The translations under genes were made by a program, and so were the position numbers. The notes under the pieces were generated by a model. It was not told where the DNA came from. It saw only the letters and a list, made by a program, of their open reading frames with translations, and ran no database searches. From the NCBI GenBank assembly GCA_937900065.1, contig CALCDS010000132.1, positions 1-45,604 on the forward strand: a stretch of DNA of 45,604 nt. Direction: 5' to 3'. This document shows positions 32,974 through 42,576 of the stretch, in pieces; position 1 is the stretch's first letter; each line of letters begins with the position of its first letter. This stretch comes from an uncultured Clostridiaceae bacterium. GTDB lineage: Bacteria > Bacillota > Clostridia > Clostridiales > Oxobacteraceae.

Positions 32974-33273
32974 TTGGAATCAGAGAAAGTTGGGCTAGGG
33001 CATATAGTGCACTCTAGAGCCGGGAGAGATGCTGATAGATATTTTATCATTGTCGGCATATTGAACCGGGAATATGTTTTAATTGCTGATGGAGATTTGA
33101 GAAAGGTTGAAAAACCTAAAAAGAAAAAGATCAAGCATCTAGTTGTTCATAATATAATAGCTTCAGATATAAAAAATAAAATTGAAATCGGCGTTATGCC
33201 AAGCAATAGTGATATCAGAAATTATCTGAAGCTTAAAGGGTTAACTGGACAGTCTAATAATAAGGAGGTTTGA
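32974..33273 (+). CDS. KOW-domain RNA-binding protein (small conserved protein found between map and infA in Clostridia)
   Basis: 99 aa from the TTG 7 nt after AAGAGGTGA; [48 protein letters not shown]. The ORF-track start 32818 would fuse it to map-pseudogene remnants. Confidence 0.75.
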   Translation: MESEKVGLGHIVHSRAGRDADRYFIIVGILNREYVLIADGDLRKVEKPKKKKIKHLVVHNIIASDIKNKIEIGVMPSNSDIRNYLKLKGLTGQSNNKEV

Positions 33274-33280
33274 TTACCTT

Positions 33281-33499
33281 ATGTCTAAAGATGACGTAGT
33301 GGAATTGCAGGGAACGGTTGTCGAGGCTCTACCGAATGCTATGTTCCAAGTGGAGCTGGAAAATGGACATAAAATACTTGCTCATATATCAGGTAAGTTA
33401 AGGATGAATTTTATCAGAATTCTTCCGGGAGATAAGGTAACCATTGAATTATCGCCCTATGATTTAACGAGAGGCCGTATTACCTGGAGGGCGAAATAA
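33281..33499 (+). CDS. infA: translation initiation factor IF-1
   Basis: 72 aa; [30 protein letters not shown] start. Confidence 0.97.
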   Translation: MSKDDVVELQGTVVEALPNAMFQVELENGHKILAHISGKLRMNFIRILPGDKVTIELSPYDLTRGRITWRAK

Positions 33500-33512
33500 A
33501 GGAGGGTAAACC

Positions 33513-33626
33513 ATGAAGGTCAGACCATCTGTAAAACGCATATGTGAAAAATGCAAGATCATAAAAAGGCATGGAAGAGTGATGGTTATTTGTGAAAACC
33601 CTAAGCATAAACAAAGACAGGGTTAG
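33513..33626 (+). CDS. rpmJ: 50S ribosomal protein L36 (zinc-binding form)
   Basis: Not in the ORF track (37 aa): [37 protein letters not shown]; RBS GGAGGG upstream. Confidence 0.93.
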   Translation: MKVRPSVKRICEKCKIIKRHGRVMVICENPKHKQRQG

Positions 33627-33662
33627 TTATATTTTAATTGCGTATTAATCGGTTTAATAGCA

Positions 33663-33712
33663 TTATCAAGGAGCGGCTGCATCAGGTTGTTGTAACCTGG
33701 TAATCTTGATAA
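33663..33712 (+). promoter_or_regulatory. compound hairpin in the rpmJ-rpsM spacer (candidate alpha-operon leader structure)
   Basis: Outer stem ttatcaag/cttgataa (8 bp) encloses caggtt-gttgt-aacctg (6 bp), about 50 nt upstream of rpsM in a 139-nt spacer. Confidence 0.3.
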
Positions 33713-33765
33713 GCTAATCATAAAATAAATATTCCTTTATAACTATTAGGAGGTGTAAAGTATTA

Positions 33766-34140
33766 ATGGCGAGAATTGCAGGCGTCGACTTGCCCAGGGA
33801 AAAAAGAGTAGAGATTGGTTTGACGTATATATATGGCATTGGCAGATCAAGGTCTAATAAAGTGCTTAAAGCTACGGGTGTCAACCCTGACACAAGGGTA
33901 AAGGACTTAACTGAAGCTGAGGTAAATAAGGTTAGGGATTATATCGATAAGAATTATAAAGTTGAGGGAGACCTAAGAAGGGATGTATCTCTAAATGTAA
34001 AAAGGCTGATTGAGATTGGGTGCTATAGAGGGATACGTCATAGGAAGAATCTTCCCGTAAGGGGTCAGAGGACAAAAACCAATGCTAGAACCAGAAAGGG
34101 TCCGAAGAAGACCGTTGGAGTTAAGAGGAAGGAAATCTAA
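33766..34140 (+). CDS. rpsM: 30S ribosomal protein S13
   Basis: 124 aa starting [26 protein letters not shown]. Confidence 0.97.
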   Translation: MARIAGVDLPREKRVEIGLTYIYGIGRSRSNKVLKATGVNPDTRVKDLTEAEVNKVRDYIDKNYKVEGDLRRDVSLNVKRLIEIGCYRGIRHRKNLPVRGQRTKTNARTRKGPKKTVGVKRKEI

Positions 34141-34152
34141 GGAGGGAATTGA

Positions 34153-34554
34153 ATGGCAGCTCAAGTTAAGGGTAAGAAAGTAACTCGGAAAAGAAAAGAA
34201 CGTAAAAACATTGAACGTGGTGCCGCACACATCAAGTCAACATTTAATAATACAATAGTTACTTTAACCGATACGACAGGCAATGCACTTTCGTGGGCAA
34301 GTGCAGGTGGACTGGGTTTTAAAGGCTCGAGAAAGAGCACGCCGTTTGCAGCACAGATGGCGGCTGAAACTGCTGCTAAGGCGGCTATGGAACATGGTTT
34401 AAAAACTGTTGAAGTATATGTAAAAGGCCCTGGCGCAGGAAGAGAGGCAGCAATAAGGTCTCTTCAGGCAGCAGGACTTGAAGTTAGTCTTATAAAAGAC
34501 GTAACTCCTATCCCACATAATGGATGCAGGCCACCAAAACGCAGAAGAGTATAA
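34153..34554 (+). CDS. rpsK: 30S ribosomal protein S11
   Basis: 133 aa; [18 protein letters not shown] and [16 protein letters not shown] motifs. Confidence 0.97.
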   Translation: MAAQVKGKKVTRKRKERKNIERGAAHIKSTFNNTIVTLTDTTGNALSWASAGGLGFKGSRKSTPFAAQMAAETAAKAAMEHGLKTVEVYVKGPGAGREAAIRSLQAAGLEVSLIKDVTPIPHNGCRPPKRRRV

Positions 34555-34573
34555 CATAAGGAGGTGTGATTAT

Positions 34574-35194
34574 ATGGCGAGATATACAGGACCGGTATGC
34601 AGATTGTGCAGAAGGGAAGGTATAAAGTTATATTTAAAAGGCGATAAATGCTATTCAGATAAATGTCCTGTTGCGAGGAGGACATATGCTCCAGGGCAGC
34701 ATGGCCAGAGCAGGAAGAAGCTTTCAAACTATGGTATGCAGCTTAGGGAAAAACAGAAAGCAAAGAGGATATATGGTATACTAGAAACTCAATTCAGGGA
34801 GTATTATGAAAAAGCAGACAGGGCAAAGGGTATTACAGGTGAAAACCTTTTGAAAATGCTTGAGAAAAGGCTTGATAATACTGTATTCAGACTTGGCTTT
34901 GCATCTTCAAGATCTGAAGCAAGGCAGCTTGTAAGACATGGTCACTTTGCGGTAAACGGAAAGAAGGTCAATATACCTTCATACCAGGTATCTGCGGGTG
35001 ATGTTATAACAGTCAGGGAATCGAGCAGATCCAGCGAGAAGTTCAAGGGACTCGCTGAAGTTGCAAAGACTACCCCACAGTGGCTTGAAGTTGATATGGA
35101 TAAATTGGAAGGCAAAGTGGTTGCCGAGCCAAAACGTGAAGACATAGATATTCCTGTACAGGAAACATTTATAGTTGAGTTATATTCTAAATAA
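34574..35194 (+). CDS. rpsD: 30S ribosomal protein S4
   Basis: 206 aa from the ATG at 34574 (ORF-track start 34520 lies inside rpsK); [16 protein letters not shown] start. Confidence 0.96.
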   Translation: MARYTGPVCRLCRREGIKLYLKGDKCYSDKCPVARRTYAPGQHGQSRKKLSNYGMQLREKQKAKRIYGILETQFREYYEKADRAKGITGENLLKMLEKRLDNTVFRLGFASSRSEARQLVRHGHFAVNGKKVNIPSYQVSAGDVITVRESSRSSEKFKGLAEVAKTTPQWLEVDMDKLEGKVVAEPKREDIDIPVQETFIVELYSK

Positions 35195-35256
35195 TTGATG
35201 TAGAATTAATTACCCTCAATATAATAAAGATAATTTCAGAAGGAGGGTTTATAAGC

Positions 35257-36204
35257 ATGATTGAGATAGAAAAACCAAGGATAGAATGTGTTGATTCAAA
35301 TGAAGATGGCAGCTATGGCAAGTTTGTAATTGAACCGCTTGAGAGGGGTTATGGTATCACTCTTGGAAATTCATTGAGAAGGATACTGCTTTCTTCTCTC
35401 CCAGGTGCTGCCGTGACATCGGTAAAGATAGATGGGGTACTTCATGAGCTTTCTACAATTCCTGGCGTTAAAGAGGATGTTGTAGAAATCATACTTAACC
35501 TGAAATGTTTGGCATTAAAGATAAATGGTGAAGGTCCTAGAACAATGTATATCGATGCGCGGGGTGAAAATGAGATTAAGGCTGGCGATATAAAGGCGGA
35601 AGCAGATGTTGAAATAATAAATAAGGATCTCCATATCGCCACATTGAATGAAGACGCAAGACTTTACATGGAAATAAACATAGATAAGGGCAGGGGTTAT
35701 GTGCCGGCTGATAAAAATAAAGAGCCAAATCAGCCTATAGGGATAATTCCTGTTGATTCTATTTATACCCCTGTAAAGAGGGTCAATTATTCGATAGAAG
35801 ACACCCGTGTCGGCCAGGTTACTGATTATGATAGATTGATATTTGAAATATGGACCAACGGCACAATCAGGACCGATGAGGCATTGAGCCTTTCAGCCAA
35901 GATATTGATAGAACACCTTAAATTGTTTATGACCTTAACTGACCATGTTACAGATGTCAATATAATGGTAGAAAAAGAAGAGGACAAGAAGGAAAAGATA
36001 CTCGATATGACGATTGAAGAACTTGACCTTTCTGTCAGGTCATATAATTGTCTAAAGAGAGCGGGTATCAATACTGTTGAAGAACTTACCCAGAAGACAG
36101 TGGAAGATATGATGAAGGTGAGAAACCTCGGCAAAAAGTCCCTGGAAGAAGTGGAGCAAAAGTTAGCTGCGCTGGATCTAAGTTTAAAACAGAGCGAAGA
36201 GTGA
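35257..36204 (+). CDS. rpoA: DNA-directed RNA polymerase subunit alpha
   Basis: 315 aa; N-terminal domain [28 protein letters not shown]; C-terminal domain [20 protein letters not shown]. Confidence 0.97.
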   Translation: MIEIEKPRIECVDSNEDGSYGKFVIEPLERGYGITLGNSLRRILLSSLPGAAVTSVKIDGVLHELSTIPGVKEDVVEIILNLKCLALKINGEGPRTMYIDARGENEIKAGDIKAEADVEIINKDLHIATLNEDARLYMEINIDKGRGYVPADKNKEPNQPIGIIPVDSIYTPVKRVNYSIEDTRVGQVTDYDRLIFEIWTNGTIRTDEALSLSAKILIEHLKLFMTLTDHVTDVNIMVEKEEDKKEKILDMTIEELDLSVRSYNCLKRAGINTVEELTQKTVEDMMKVRNLGKKSLEEVEQKLAALDLSLKQSEE

Positions 36205-36220
36205 TAGAGGAGGGAAATAT

Positions 36221-36562
36221 ATGGCATCACACAGGAAGCTTGGCCGCCCGACAAATGAAAGGGTAGCTATGCTCAGAAACCTGACAACAAGCTTTTTAAA
36301 ATATGGCAAAGTCCATACAACTGAAATGCGTGCAAAGGAAGTCAAGAGCATAGCTGAAAAGATGATAACCCTTGCCAAAAGAGGCGACCTTCATGCAAGG
36401 CGTCAGGCGCTTGAATATTTGCTGGATGAAGGGGTTGTATCTGACCTTTTTGCAAATATAGCACCTAAGTATGCTGATAGGAACGGCGGATATGCCAGAA
36501 TACTTAAAGAAGGACCAAGACGGGGCGATGCTGCTCCTATGGTAATATTGGAACTTGTTTAA
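36221..36562 (+). CDS. rplQ: 50S ribosomal protein L17
   Basis: 113 aa; [18 protein letters not shown] start region. Confidence 0.96.
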   Translation: MASHRKLGRPTNERVAMLRNLTTSFLKYGKVHTTEMRAKEVKSIAEKMITLAKRGDLHARRQALEYLLDEGVVSDLFANIAPKYADRNGGYARILKEGPRRGDAAPMVILELV

Positions 36563-36581
36563 ATAAAGAGCAGACATTAAC

Positions 36582-36629
36582 AGGGATTAAGTTGTGCGAG
36601 AGTAATACCTGACTTAGTCCCTCTTTATT
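36582..36629 (+). terminator. probable terminator after rplQ
   Basis: 11-bp stem agggattaagt/acttagtccct (one G-U pair), 19-nt loop, then CTTTATTA. Confidence 0.5.
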
Positions 36630-36681
36630 ATGAAGCAAAGCTGAATATAAAGACAAACTAGCTTAATGTTTTTGCTGAAGG
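36630..36681 (+). repeat. intergenic repeat family A, copy 3
   Basis: atgaagcaaagctgaatataaagacaaactagcttaatgtttttgctgaagg, starting immediately after the rplQ terminator. Its aagacaaacta also pairs perfectly with tagtttgtctt at 36695-36705. Confidence 0.6.
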
Positions 36682-36705
36682 CATCTAAATTTGGTAGTTT
36701 GTCTT

Positions 36706-36830
36706 ATTAATCAGGGGGCACTCTTTTGCATTAATCAGTATGCAGCAAATGTAAGACGATGCATCATTTTATTTTTATTGTAAACAGGTGATGTTCTCTT
36801 ACATGAAAGAGTGCTCCTTTAAATTATTCT
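36706..36830 (+). promoter_or_regulatory. structured leader upstream of ecfA1 (terminator-like long-range helix)
   Basis: 12-bp helix ggggcactcttt (36715-36726) / aaagagtgctcc (36806-36817) followed by TTTAAATTATT. Inner 8-bp helix atgtaaga/tcttacat. Direct repeat ATTAATCAG at 36706 and 36730. Confidence 0.35.
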
Positions 36831-36861
36831 GATGGTTTGCTCATTATGAGAAGGTGTATTT

Positions 36862-37698
36862 ATGCAGAAAATGATTGAAACTATTGATCTAACCTTTAAA
36901 TATAAAAACGAAGACGGCAAAGAAGATCTATGTGCGTTAAATAAGATTAACCTGACCATTAATAAGGGAGAGTTTGTGGCGATAATAGGCCCCAATGGTT
37001 CGGGAAAATCTACTCTTGCAAAGCATATGAATGCACTTCTCCTGCCCAGTTCCGGAAAGATGTTTGTTAAAGGCATGGATACGGCCAAAGAGGAAAATCT
37101 TTGGAACATAAGGCAGAGCGCGGGAATGGTTTTTCAAAACCCCGACAATCAAATCGTTGCTACGATTGTAGAAGAAGATGTGGCATTTGGTCCTGAAAAT
37201 CTGGGCATTCCTCCTAAAGAGATAAGAAAAAGGGTCGATGACTGTTTAAAAGCCGTGAATATGGAAGAGTTTAAAAAGAATGCTCCCCATCTATTATCAG
37301 GAGGCCAGAAGCAAAGGGTTGCCATAGCAGGGATACTCGCTATGAAACCTGAATGCATAATACTCGATGAACCGACCGCTATGCTTGATCCATCGGGAAG
37401 AAGAGAAGTCATTGACACAATAAAAAAACTAAACAGGGAAGAGGGCATAACGATAGTCCTGATTACCCACTATATGGAAGAAGCTGTTGATGCAGACAGG
37501 GTCATTGTTATGGAAAATGGAAATATTGTGTTGTCAGGTACGCCTAAGGAAGTATTTCAGAGAGTAAAGGAATTAAAGAATATCGGTCTTGATGTTCCTC
37601 AGATGACCGAGCTTGCATATGAGCTGAGAAAAGAAGGCATAGACGTGGCAGCCGATACACTGACTATAGATGAAATGGTGGTGCAGCTATGCCAATAA
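36862..37698 (+). CDS. ecfA1: ECF transporter ATPase component EcfA1
   Basis: 278 aa; Walker [10 protein letters not shown], signature LSGGQKQR, Walker B IILDEPT; conserved rplQ-ecfA-ecfA'-ecfT-truA order. Confidence 0.92.
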   Translation: MQKMIETIDLTFKYKNEDGKEDLCALNKINLTINKGEFVAIIGPNGSGKSTLAKHMNALLLPSSGKMFVKGMDTAKEENLWNIRQSAGMVFQNPDNQIVATIVEEDVAFGPENLGIPPKEIRKRVDDCLKAVNMEEFKKNAPHLLSGGQKQRVAIAGILAMKPECIILDEPTAMLDPSGRREVIDTIKKLNREEGITIVLITHYMEEAVDADRVIVMENGNIVLSGTPKEVFQRVKELKNIGLDVPQMTELAYELRKEGIDVAADTLTIDEMVVQLCQ

Positions 37699-38552
37699 AA
37701 GTCGATAACATAACATATATCTATATGAAAGGTACTCCATTTGAGTCAAAAGCGCTTGATAAAGTGTCACTTGACATAGAAGACGGGGAATTCATAGGCC
37801 TAATCGGGCATACTGGTTCAGGAAAGTCTACGCTTGTTCAGCATATCAACGGTCTTTTAAAGCCAACATCGGGCAAAATATATATTGACGGAGTCGATAT
37901 AACAGGGAAAGATGTAAACCTAAAAGCCATAAGGCAAAAAGTGGGGCTGGTATTTCAATATCCTGAACATCAGCTATTTGAAGAGACAATTTATAAGGAT
38001 GTTGCCTTTGGCCCTAAAAATCTTGAGTTTGACGAAAATACGATTGATTCCAGAGTAAGAAAGGCTTTGAAAATGGTCGGCCTCGATTATGAAGAGAGCA
38101 AAATCAAATCCCCGTTTGACCTAAGCGGAGGACAGAGAAGAAGGGTTGCTATTGCCGGCGTTTTGGCAATGGATCCCAAGGTTCTTATACTGGATGAGCC
38201 GACTGCCGGTCTTGATCCAAAAGGAAGGGATTCCATACTAAGTGAAATAAAATTGCTTCATGATAAGTACGGTAAAACCATTATCCTTGTGTCTCACAGT
38301 ATGGAAGATGTGGCAAAACTGGTTGATAGAATAATCGTAATGAATGAAGGAAAATGCGTGCTTACAGGCACCCCAAGAGAAGTTTTCAAAGAAGCTGACA
38401 CTCTGATAAATATCGGACTTGGCATACCGCAAGTTACGATGCTGGCCAGAAAGCTTAGGCAAAAAGGAATCAATATAAGAGATGACGTTCTTACCGTACA
38501 AGAAGCCAAGAGGGAAATAATCAAGTATCTAAGGGGTAAAAAACATGATTAA
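37689..38552 (+). CDS. ecfA2: ECF transporter ATPase component EcfA2
   Basis: 287 aa; [17 protein letters not shown] and LILDEPT motifs; overlaps ecfA1 by 10 nt. Confidence 0.92.
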   Translation: MPIKVDNITYIYMKGTPFESKALDKVSLDIEDGEFIGLIGHTGSGKSTLVQHINGLLKPTSGKIYIDGVDITGKDVNLKAIRQKVGLVFQYPEHQLFEETIYKDVAFGPKNLEFDENTIDSRVRKALKMVGLDYEESKIKSPFDLSGGQRRRVAIAGVLAMDPKVLILDEPTAGLDPKGRDSILSEIKLLHDKYGKTIILVSHSMEDVAKLVDRIIVMNEGKCVLTGTPREVFKEADTLINIGLGIPQVTMLARKLRQKGINIRDDVLTVQEAKREIIKYLRGKKHD

Positions 38553-39342
38553 GGATATTACAATAGGTCAATATTTGCCTGGCGAATCAGTAGTCCACAA
38601 ATTGGACCCGAGAGTCAAGATAATGGCAAGCTTTGTTTTTATAATCGATCTTTTTATAATAAATAATTTTTTAGGATATATACCTGTTTTCTTGTTTATA
38701 GCATCGGCGGTCATCATCTCTAAAATACCGTTTAAGTATATATTCAAGGGGTTAAAGCCTATTTTAGCAATCATAATAATAACAGCTTTGATAAACATAT
38801 TCCTGACTACAGGGACTGTGATATATTCCATAGGGCCGCTTAATATTACCAGGGAAGGCGTGAAGCTTGCCGGCTTTATGGTAATAAGGCTCATATTGCT
38901 CATTGTAGGAACATCACTCTTGACCTTGACGACATCGCCTATATCATTGACGGATGGAATTGAGAGCCTTCTTAGTCCATTTAAAAGGATAGGCGTTCCG
39001 GCGCATGAGCTGGCGATGATGATGACTATTGCGCTTAGATTTATACCCACGCTGATAGATGAGACTGATAAAATAATGAAAGCGCAGATGGCCAGAGGTG
39101 CTGATTTTGAATCCGGAAACCTCATAAAGCGTGCCAAAAACCTTGTGCCTCTGCTTGTGCCTCTCTTTATAAGCTCCTTTAGAAGGGCGGATGAACTGGC
39201 TCTTGCAATGGAGGCAAGATGTTACAGGGGCGGCGTAAACCGTACGAGGATGAAACAGCTAAAGGTGGAGAGGCGTGATTTTGCAGCAATAGCTGTAATG
39301 GTCTTGCTTGTTGCACTTTCAGTATTGAGCAGGTTCATCTAA
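38545..39342 (+). CDS. ecfT: ECF transporter transmembrane component EcfT
   Basis: 265 aa, multi-pass membrane protein with the conserved ARG...[15 protein letters not shown] coupling helices; overlaps ecfA2 by 8 nt. Confidence 0.9.
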   Translation: MIKDITIGQYLPGESVVHKLDPRVKIMASFVFIIDLFIINNFLGYIPVFLFIASAVIISKIPFKYIFKGLKPILAIIIITALINIFLTTGTVIYSIGPLNITREGVKLAGFMVIRLILLIVGTSLLTLTTSPISLTDGIESLLSPFKRIGVPAHELAMMMTIALRFIPTLIDETDKIMKAQMARGADFESGNLIKRAKNLVPLLVPLFISSFRRADELALAMEARCYRGGVNRTRMKQLKVERRDFAAIAVMVLLVALSVLSRFI

Positions 39343-39383
39343 AACAGCTTCTGTATCATTGATGCGACTTGGGGGATAAATAT

Positions 39384-40118
39384 ATGAGGAATATAAAACT
39401 GACGATAGAATATGATGGAACCCGCTATTGCGGCTGGCAAGTTCAAAAAAACGGATTATCCATACAAAAAACTTTGCAAGATGCAATAGAAGATCTCGTA
39501 TCACATGATATAAAGCTTATAGGGGCGAGCAGAACGGATGCGGGAGTTCATGCAAAAGCAATGGTCGCTAATTTTCATACGGACTCAAAAATACCGGCTG
39601 AAAAATTTCCCCCTGCCATAAATTTCAGGCTGCCCGATGATATAGCAGTGATTGGAGCAGAAGAAGCAGATGCATCTTTTCACAGCCGATATGACAGCAA
39701 GGGGAAAAAGTACGGCTATATAATATTGAATAGAAGGGCTCCATCGCCTTTGTTTAAAAATCGTGCTGCTCATGTACCGCAAAATCTTGATGTATCAAAA
39801 ATGAAAGAAGCTGCAAAATATATCATAGGCACCCATGATTTTTCAGCTTTTAAAGCTTCAGGAAGTTCGATTAAGAACAATGTCAGGACCGTTTCTATGC
39901 TTGATATAAAAAAGCAGGACGACATAATCAAAATTGAAATAAAGGCTGATGGTTTTTTGTACAATATGGTGAGGATAATCGTTGGCACCCTTATAGAGAT
40001 AGGATCAGGCAAGATCCCGCCAGATAGCATCGAGGATATCATAAATGGCAAAGATAGGCGCAAGGCAGGAAAGACTGCACCGCCTCAGGGGCTGTATCTT
40101 GAAGCCGTGTACTATTAG
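39384..40118 (+). CDS. truA: tRNA pseudouridine(38-40) synthase TruA
   Basis: 244 aa from the ATG at 39384; IEYDGTRYCGWQVQ and catalytic GASRTDAGVHA motifs. Confidence 0.93.
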   Translation: MRNIKLTIEYDGTRYCGWQVQKNGLSIQKTLQDAIEDLVSHDIKLIGASRTDAGVHAKAMVANFHTDSKIPAEKFPPAINFRLPDDIAVIGAEEADASFHSRYDSKGKKYGYIILNRRAPSPLFKNRAAHVPQNLDVSKMKEAAKYIIGTHDFSAFKASGSSIKNNVRTVSMLDIKKQDDIIKIEIKADGFLYNMVRIIVGTLIEIGSGKIPPDSIEDIINGKDRRKAGKTAPPQGLYLEAVYY

Positions 40119-40133
40119 AGCCTAAACAATTCC

Positions 40134-40162
40134 TTGACACGCCTGGATGGCTGTATTATACT
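40134..40162 (+). promoter_or_regulatory. candidate sigmaA promoter for rplM-rpsI
   Basis: TTGACA (40134-40139), 17-nt spacer, TATACT (40157-40162). Confidence 0.5.
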
Positions 40163-40341
40163 AATAAATAGTGTAAAAATGATCCACTAGCCCCGGATCA
40201 GTTTTATTGAATCGTGAATTGAAATTAAATATGGATTTACAGCGCAGGAATGTGCAAACTTGAATTTGATACATGACAATATAGAAGCTTTGTGATGTTT
40301 ATGATAGTATTTGTTTCATAAACAGAAATAGGAGGTAAAAA
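40163..40341 (+). promoter_or_regulatory. rplM (L13) leader with two hairpins
   Basis: tgatcc-actagcccc-ggatca followed by GTTTTATT (40180-40208). A 9-bp hairpin tgtttatga/tcataaaca (40296-40324) abuts the RBS. The position matches the Firmicute L13 leader. Confidence 0.4.
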
Positions 40342-40785
40342 ATGAAAACAACATATATGGCAAAGCCTGCTGATATCAATAGAAAATGGTATGTTGTGGA
40401 TGCTGAAGGAAAAACTCTCGGACGTTTAGCCTCTCAGGTTGCTTCAGTGCTTAGGGGAAAGAATAAACCTATCTTTACTCCATATATTGATACAGGTGAC
40501 TTTGTTATCATTATAAATGCTGAAAAGGTCGTTCTGACAGGTAAAAAGCTTGATCAGAAGATGTATAGACACCATTCATTATATCCAGGCGGACTGAAGG
40601 AAACATCATACAGGAAACTTATCGATCAGAAACCTGAATTTCTTGTTTCAGAAGCAATAAGGGGAATGCTCCCCAAGGGACCACTTGGAAGAAAAATGTT
40701 GAAGAAATTGAAGGTTTACAGAGGCCCTGAACATAAGCATGAGGCGCAGAAACCTGAACTTCTTGACATCAGAACAGAAAAATAG
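40342..40785 (+). CDS. rplM: 50S ribosomal protein L13
   Basis: 147 aa; [29 protein letters not shown] motif. Confidence 0.97.
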   Translation: MKTTYMAKPADINRKWYVVDAEGKTLGRLASQVASVLRGKNKPIFTPYIDTGDFVIIINAEKVVLTGKKLDQKMYRHHSLYPGGLKETSYRKLIDQKPEFLVSEAIRGMLPKGPLGRKMLKKLKVYRGPEHKHEAQKPELLDIRTEK

Positions 40786-40808
40786 TTGGTACGAAGGGAG
40801 GATAAATA

Positions 40809-41201
40809 ATGGCTAAGGTACAGTATATAGGAACTGGAAGAAGAAAAAAATCAGTCGCCAGGGTCAGATTGGTACCTGGAGAAGGAAATATAACTGTAAA
40901 TAAGAAGAAACTGGATGATTACTTAGGGCTTGATACTTTAAGGATGATAGTTAAGCAGCCCCTTGTTCTTACAGGGACTTTAAATAAATTCGACGTGGAA
41001 TCAACTGTTTTTGGCGGTGGATTTTCAGGTCAGGCAGGAGCTCTTCGTCATGGCATAGCAAGAGCGTTATTAAAGGCTGATATTGACTTGAGGCCTGAAC
41101 TTAAAAAAGCCGGATTCTTGACAAGGGATCCGAGGATGAAGGAAAGAAAGAAATACGGCTTGAAGAAAGCTAGAAGAGCGCCGCAGTTCTCAAAGAGGTA
41201 G
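40809..41201 (+). CDS. rpsI: 30S ribosomal protein S9
   Basis: 130 aa; [12 protein letters not shown] and [12 protein letters not shown] motifs. Confidence 0.97.
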   Translation: MAKVQYIGTGRRKKSVARVRLVPGEGNITVNKKKLDDYLGLDTLRMIVKQPLVLTGTLNKFDVESTVFGGGFSGQAGALRHGIARALLKADIDLRPELKKAGFLTRDPRMKERKKYGLKKARRAPQFSKR

Positions 41202-41255
41202 TAATTTTTGCTTTCAAGCTGCTTTTTAAATATGCAAGATGTGCGTATAAAAAAG

Positions 41256-41290
41256 TGCCGTGCGATTTAATTGCTCGGCGTTTTTTTATA
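41256..41290 (+). terminator. intrinsic terminator after rpsI
   Basis: gccg-t-gc / gc-t-cggc stem with loop gatttaatt, followed by GTTTTTTTA; an A-run lies upstream. Confidence 0.7.
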
Positions 41291-41473
41291 CATAGAAGGG
41301 CTTTCCCATCAGGGTTTTAAAAGCAGGCGATATTGTTTGCATATAATGGATTTAGAAATATCAGATGAGCATTTAGTCAATATTGGCATTGATTGAATGC
41401 TCTTTTTGATGTCATAAAAATGGCTGCCCATATCATAAATGTAAATATACGATTTGCATGCTGGAGGGGAAAA

Positions 41474-42223
41474 ATGAACCCGCTATTTAAAAAAATAATC
41501 GCAATTATAGGCGCAGCTGTGCTTATAATTGTTTTAAACCATATCTATGGCCGTGTCAAAAAGGCTTTTAACATGCCGGCGAATAACAAGGTGGTTATCA
41601 TAGATGCAGGACACGGAGGAAGAGATGCGGGAGCATCGGGCGCGGGAGGCCTGAAAGAAAAAGATGTAAACCTTGAAATTGCAAAAAGGCTGAAGAGGTA
41701 TATAGAAGAAGGCGGCGGTGTAGCCATAATGATAAGGGAAGAGGACAATGGGTTATATTCACTGGACAGTCCCAACAAAAAACGTGAAGATATGAAAAAC
41801 AGGAAGCAGATAATAAAAGAAAATGATGCGGACATGCTTATCAGCATACACCTAAACAGTTTTCCGCAGCACAGGTATTACGGCGCCCAGGTTTTTTACT
41901 TTAAAGATTCGGATATAAGCCGCCACTTGGCTGCAATAATGCAGCAGGAACTAAAGAGAGTGCTTGATAGGAACAATGACAGAGTCGAAAAAAGCACGGG
42001 TGAATATTTCATACTAAAGGACAATGACATACCTTCGGTGCTCATAGAATGCGGTTTTTTATCAAATCCTGATGAGGAAAAACTTCTTGGAATGCCCGAA
42101 TATCAGGAAAAAATAGCTTGGAGCATATATATAGGCATAATAAGATTCTTTTCCGAGCCCAAACCTGCAATCATAGATTCTAAAGCTTTTGAATTTCATG
42201 CAAAGCTGGTTTGCGAAAGCTGA
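41474..42223 (+). CDS. cwlD: N-acetylmuramoyl-L-alanine amidase CwlD (spore cortex muramic-lactam formation)
   Basis: 249 aa from the ATG after GGAGGGG (ORF-track start 41393 trimmed). N-terminal TM helix and Amidase_3 motifs (IIDAGHGGRDAGASG, LISIHLNS, ECGFLSNPDEE). Lies downstream of rpsI, as in Bacillus. Confidence 0.85.
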   Translation: MNPLFKKIIAIIGAAVLIIVLNHIYGRVKKAFNMPANNKVVIIDAGHGGRDAGASGAGGLKEKDVNLEIAKRLKRYIEEGGGVAIMIREEDNGLYSLDSPNKKREDMKNRKQIIKENDADMLISIHLNSFPQHRYYGAQVFYFKDSDISRHLAAIMQQELKRVLDRNNDRVEKSTGEYFILKDNDIPSVLIECGFLSNPDEEKLLGMPEYQEKIAWSIYIGIIRFFSEPKPAIIDSKAFEFHAKLVCES

Positions 42224-42249
42224 TGGTCCATAGCATTAAAGGTTAAAAA

Positions 42250-42300
42250 GCATGGGCAGGAGGCGGATACTCAAAATCAACACCTTTGCTAAACAAAGAC
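42250..42300 (+). repeat. intergenic repeat family B, copy 3
   Basis: gcatgggcaggaggcGGATACTCAAAATCAACACCTTTGCTAAACAaagac, starting 27 nt after the cwlD stop. Confidence 0.6.
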
Positions 42301-42304
42301 TAAA

Positions 42305-42355
42305 TATATGGATTGTCCACTATAAAAATAGCTAATGTAGACAATCCATGAAATC
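42305..42355. repeat. conserved-arm hairpin element C, copy 2 (inverted relative to copy 1)
   Basis: TATATGGATTGTC-N22-GACAATCCATGAAATC. Perfect 10-bp stem atggattgtc/gacaatccat. The reverse complement matches the arms at 8353-8405. Confidence 0.65.
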
Positions 42356-42402
42356 AGTCCATTGTGCATCAGGGAAAATTTTAATTTTACAGTGGACTGA
42401 TT
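42352..42402. other. second perfect 10-bp hairpin of the post-cwlD hairpin array
   Basis: aatcagtcca / tggactgatt with a 31-nt loop; it shares bases with the flank of element C. Confidence 0.5.
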
Positions 42403-42404
42403 AT

Positions 42405-42439
42405 AAGATACAGTTCATTGTATCTTTTTCCTTTTTTTG
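42405..42439 (+). terminator. intrinsic terminator (cwlD transcript)
   Basis: aagataca-gttcat-tgtatctt followed by TTTCCTTTTTTT. Confidence 0.65.
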
Positions 42440-42576
42440 TGGTAAACTGTAGTTAAAATCGAATAATACTTAAAAGTTAAAGTCGTGTTTAAATAAATAG
42501 CTCAAAATCTATGTAAAGTTTAGACATCGACTAAACAAAAATAAAGTTATTATCTTATAAAGGGGGAATAAAGTTT

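Noticed and set aside
41400-41440. SigE-type sporulation promoter upstream of cwlD (TCATAAA-N15-CATAAATG)
   Set aside because: It matches only about 6 of 8 positions of the -10 consensus as I remember it, with uncertain spacing. This is plausible biologically (cwlD is sporulation-controlled in Bacillus) but not strong enough to annotate.
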